A stretch of 64,000 bases of DNA from Selaginella moellendorffii (Eukaryota > Plantae > Lycopodiophyta), in the NCBI RefSeq assembly GCF_000143415.4, contig NW_003314305.1, positions 1,522,834 to 1,586,833 of the forward strand, given 5' to 3'. Below the pieces are notes generated by a model, which ran no database searches, had not been told where the DNA came from, and worked only from the letters and a program-made list of their open reading frames with translations. Every line of letters begins with the position of its first letter. Position 1 is the first letter of the stretch. This document shows, in pieces, positions 61,601-64,000 of the stretch. The position numbers and the translations under genes are program-made.

Positions 61601-61829
61601 ACTTCTTGCACAGTGGAAAGGACCGTATCAGGTGTTGCGGCAAGTTGAACCACAAGTTTATGAGGTTCAGCATAACATTCAGCAGGCCGATCCTCTAGAG
61701 ATTGTGCATGTGCAGCGGCTGAAACGCTTCGTACAAAGGGATCAGGAGCAGTTAATGCCACCTACAGATCCACTAATGCCTCCTCTTGATGTTCCTCCGG
61801 ATCCCGGCCCATCTACAAGAGAACCCTGA
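58602..61829 (+). pseudogene. Gypsy pol (partial protease, RT, RNase H, integrase), disrupted
   Basis: FDLILGMDWL; KLDLASGYWQV; MPFGL; FIDD; VDASDIGLGGVL; NYSTTEKE; GGHMG; SDNGPAF; YHPQSNGLVER; WKGPY. Confidence 0.95.
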
Positions 61830-61861
61830 TGGTCTTCCATTATTCCAAGAGAAGGGGATGA

Positions 61862-62036
61862 TGTGAGGGCCAAGTGTACGGCTACGATTCCATATACTAA
61901 TATTAGCGTAATGGGATTTTGGTAACCGTCGGATTGGTTTCAATCTAGACCACTCGCTCCTGTATATAAGCTAGGGTTTTTGGGCTAATTGATATGCACA
62001 TTTTTTGTATTCCCCTTCCATATTCCAAGCACTCAC

Positions 62037-62037
<1 letters not shown>
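61862..62037 (+). repeat. 3' LTR (176 bp)
   Basis: Follows the polypurine tract; TG..CA ends. Confidence 0.95.

Positions 62038-62038
<1 letters not shown>

Positions 62039-62094
<56 letters not shown>
62039..62094. repeat. (TA)n microsatellite abutting the 3' LTR
   Basis: Perfect TA run. Confidence 0.97.
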
Positions 62095-62100
<6 letters not shown>

Positions 62101-62745
62101 TACAAAGGGATAAATTATTTTAAAAATATTATTTAAGCTTCAAATGTTTGAATGTTGTTATTTTTATTTATTTTAAAGCACACTGATATTTATTTCATAT
62201 ATAATTTTTCAATATTTTGGATGTTGTTATTTGCTTATTGTTTTTAACTTTGTTATTAACATATGACCAAGTATATAAAATAAAATTCTTATAAATATCT
62301 TTATAATTTAAATTAGTTATGTTTTATTGGTAAATTACTTTTTTATTAATTTCAAAAAAAGTTGTACTTTTTTAAAAATAAATAACTCCAAATAACACTC
62401 AAATAATGCTCAAGTAGTAATATTGTTTTAATTAGGAGCACTATTGGTTTAAGTTTAAAGATGATTAAAAATAAAAAATCAACATTTATCACCCCTCTAA
62501 ACATTAGTGCTATCTATTAATTATTAATATCACAAAGAATATATTAAGGATCACAAAAGGAAATAATTTCTAAATTGTTTATTAAATATATATAACTGAT
62601 GCAATCTTCTTTGAGAGCGTAAAATTTATACTATGAGTTGAAGCACTTGGTTGATCTCTCTCACCACTCAGTTTTGGCACATTTCCAATCACTTGACATA
62701 AGAGGTTTTGCTTTTAAGTGGGAAAAATGAAATGGCCCTCTACTT

Positions 62746-63382
62746 CTAGAAGCTCGAAGCCTTCTGCTGCCAAAGGTTGATGATATCGGTGGCCTGGTTG
62801 AGAAGGATAATTGTACGCCTTCGTGAGATCCACGGCTTGCTCTCGAGCTTGGCCTTGAGCTCCTCCCACGCATCCTTCTTGGGCCAGAAGTAAAACGGCG
62901 ACAGTGGAATTGTACCATGGCCCGGCACAACTTGATCCAAGGCAATTCCAATGTTCTTCTCCATCCAAAGAAATCGTAGCGACAATATCTGCTTGCCTGC
63001 GGACCTTATAGCCAGCTTGTCTTTCTGGCCAAAACAAAAAAAAGAAGATCAAAGTTGGATAGACAAACATTCCTCGTACCTTGGATAGATTGTCCGAGTA
63101 AACGCTGCTCGTGGGCTCAGGAGTCTCTTCTTGGGCATCCTTCGAGTCTTCTTCATCTCCCACAGCCTTGGGAGTTTCAGCGTTTTCTTCCAAGGGAGCA
63201 GCGTCGTCCGAGGCTGAAGCTCTCAAGGAAAGCATCCTCCGTTGCCTTCTTGATAGCACTAAGCTTCCTCTCTGAGTAGAAAAGCAACCCAAATTCACCT
63301 GAGAAGGTCCGCACGGCTGAATGCCCACTCCCGGCCAAGCCATCGCCATAGTCATCGCAAGCGATAGCCCTCGCACCCTCAC
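62746..63382 (-). CDS. PSRP3: Plastid-specific ribosomal protein 3 (PSRP3/Ycf65), 2 exons
   Basis: Transit-peptide-like N-terminus; [40 protein letters not shown]...[14 protein letters not shown]. Confidence 0.93.
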
Positions 63383-63450
63383 GATTCGAACTCCAGACCT
63401 GCTTTGGAAGATAAGTGAGAGAAAGACAAAACTCGCTTGCGAAAAAAATT

Positions 63451-64000
63451 CTACACTGTACCAAGATCAAACCACAGAAGCTTTCTTCGAGGTCGACCAA
63501 GAAGGTGTGATTCCGCTGGAGTCTCCTCGGCTTCGAAAACAAAGCCAGACTTCGTGTAAAGTTTGAAAGCCGGCTCGTTGGATGTCACAACGTGAACGTA
63601 AAGATCACTCACACCTGTAGCAGCCAAGGCGTCAAAGGTCTGGAAAAACGAGAAGCTCTTCAGTACCCCATTCTCTGGCAGTCCGTTTTGCTTCGCGAAC
63701 TAGAGCCGTGCCTACACCCTTTCGACGTGCTTCTTGAGCGACGCAGAAGTTTGAAATGTAGGCACGCTTGTATGCTGGATCAGAGTCCTAGAAAAAACAG
63801 TAGAAAACGTGATACACGATGGAAAGAAGAAAGGTTCTTACCTTTGGTCGAGAGCCAGATATCTCACCGGGTATTAGTCGACCTCGATTCACATCAAGTG
63901 TACCAACAACAAGGAGATCTTGGCCAGCAACAGTCACCTATATCATCACTCAATCATCCTAGAGCTATCAGCCACCCAAGGAAAAAAAAGATTATAGATA
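63451..64000 (-). CDS. GNAT-family acetyltransferase (plastid GNAT-like), 3' part
   Basis: Manually spliced: VVGTLDVNRG; RAYISNFCVAQEARRKGVGTALV (acetyl-CoA motif A); WGVSDLYVHVVTSNEPAFKLYTKSGF; stop at 63451-63453. Confidence 0.85.

Larger units (their letters stand above)
55304..62037 (+). mobile_element. Ty3/Gypsy LTR retrotransposon, defective, with nested insert
   Basis: 176-bp TG..CA LTRs at 55304-55479 and 61862-62037, a PBS and a PPT (AAGAGAAGGGGATGA). Order is gag, PR, RT (FIDD), RNase H, integrase. The integrase has stops, frameshifts and a 30-bp duplication. Confidence 0.97.

Overview
This is eukaryotic plant nuclear DNA, gene-dense, with very short (~50-60 bp) GT-AG introns. That compactness, a microbial-type terpene synthase (MTPSL) and the PLS-type PPR style point to a lycophyte such as Selaginella (inference). 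1-17.7 kb is a decayed accessory region. It holds an IS3EU-like transposase relic, a HECT-like relic, a divergent AUX/LAX pseudogene with an inverted partial copy, dCMP deaminase and DExH helicase fragments, an MTPSL pseudogene and two solo LTRs. 17.9-35.7 kb is a housekeeping block: PPR, RNase Z, MED26/TFIIS-like, APC2, SCAB and MCRS1 fragments, GME, XRCC4 and RBM48. The highlight is 35.7-48 kb, a tandem array of four 3-exon genes for an unusual receptor: signal peptide - EXORDIUM/Phi-1 - CUB - CUB - TM - catalytically dead RLK-type kinase. The fourth copy lacks the kinase, and a CaM-lysine methyltransferase gene interrupts the array. The rest of the window holds a CRINKLY4-like pseudogene, an apparently intact AUX1/LAX gene, a Ty3/Gypsy element (176-bp LTRs, tRNA-Ala-type PBS, nested 2.1-kb insert) in (TA)n, PSRP3 and a GNAT acetyltransferase. 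All domain calls were made by eye from motifs; no searches were run.
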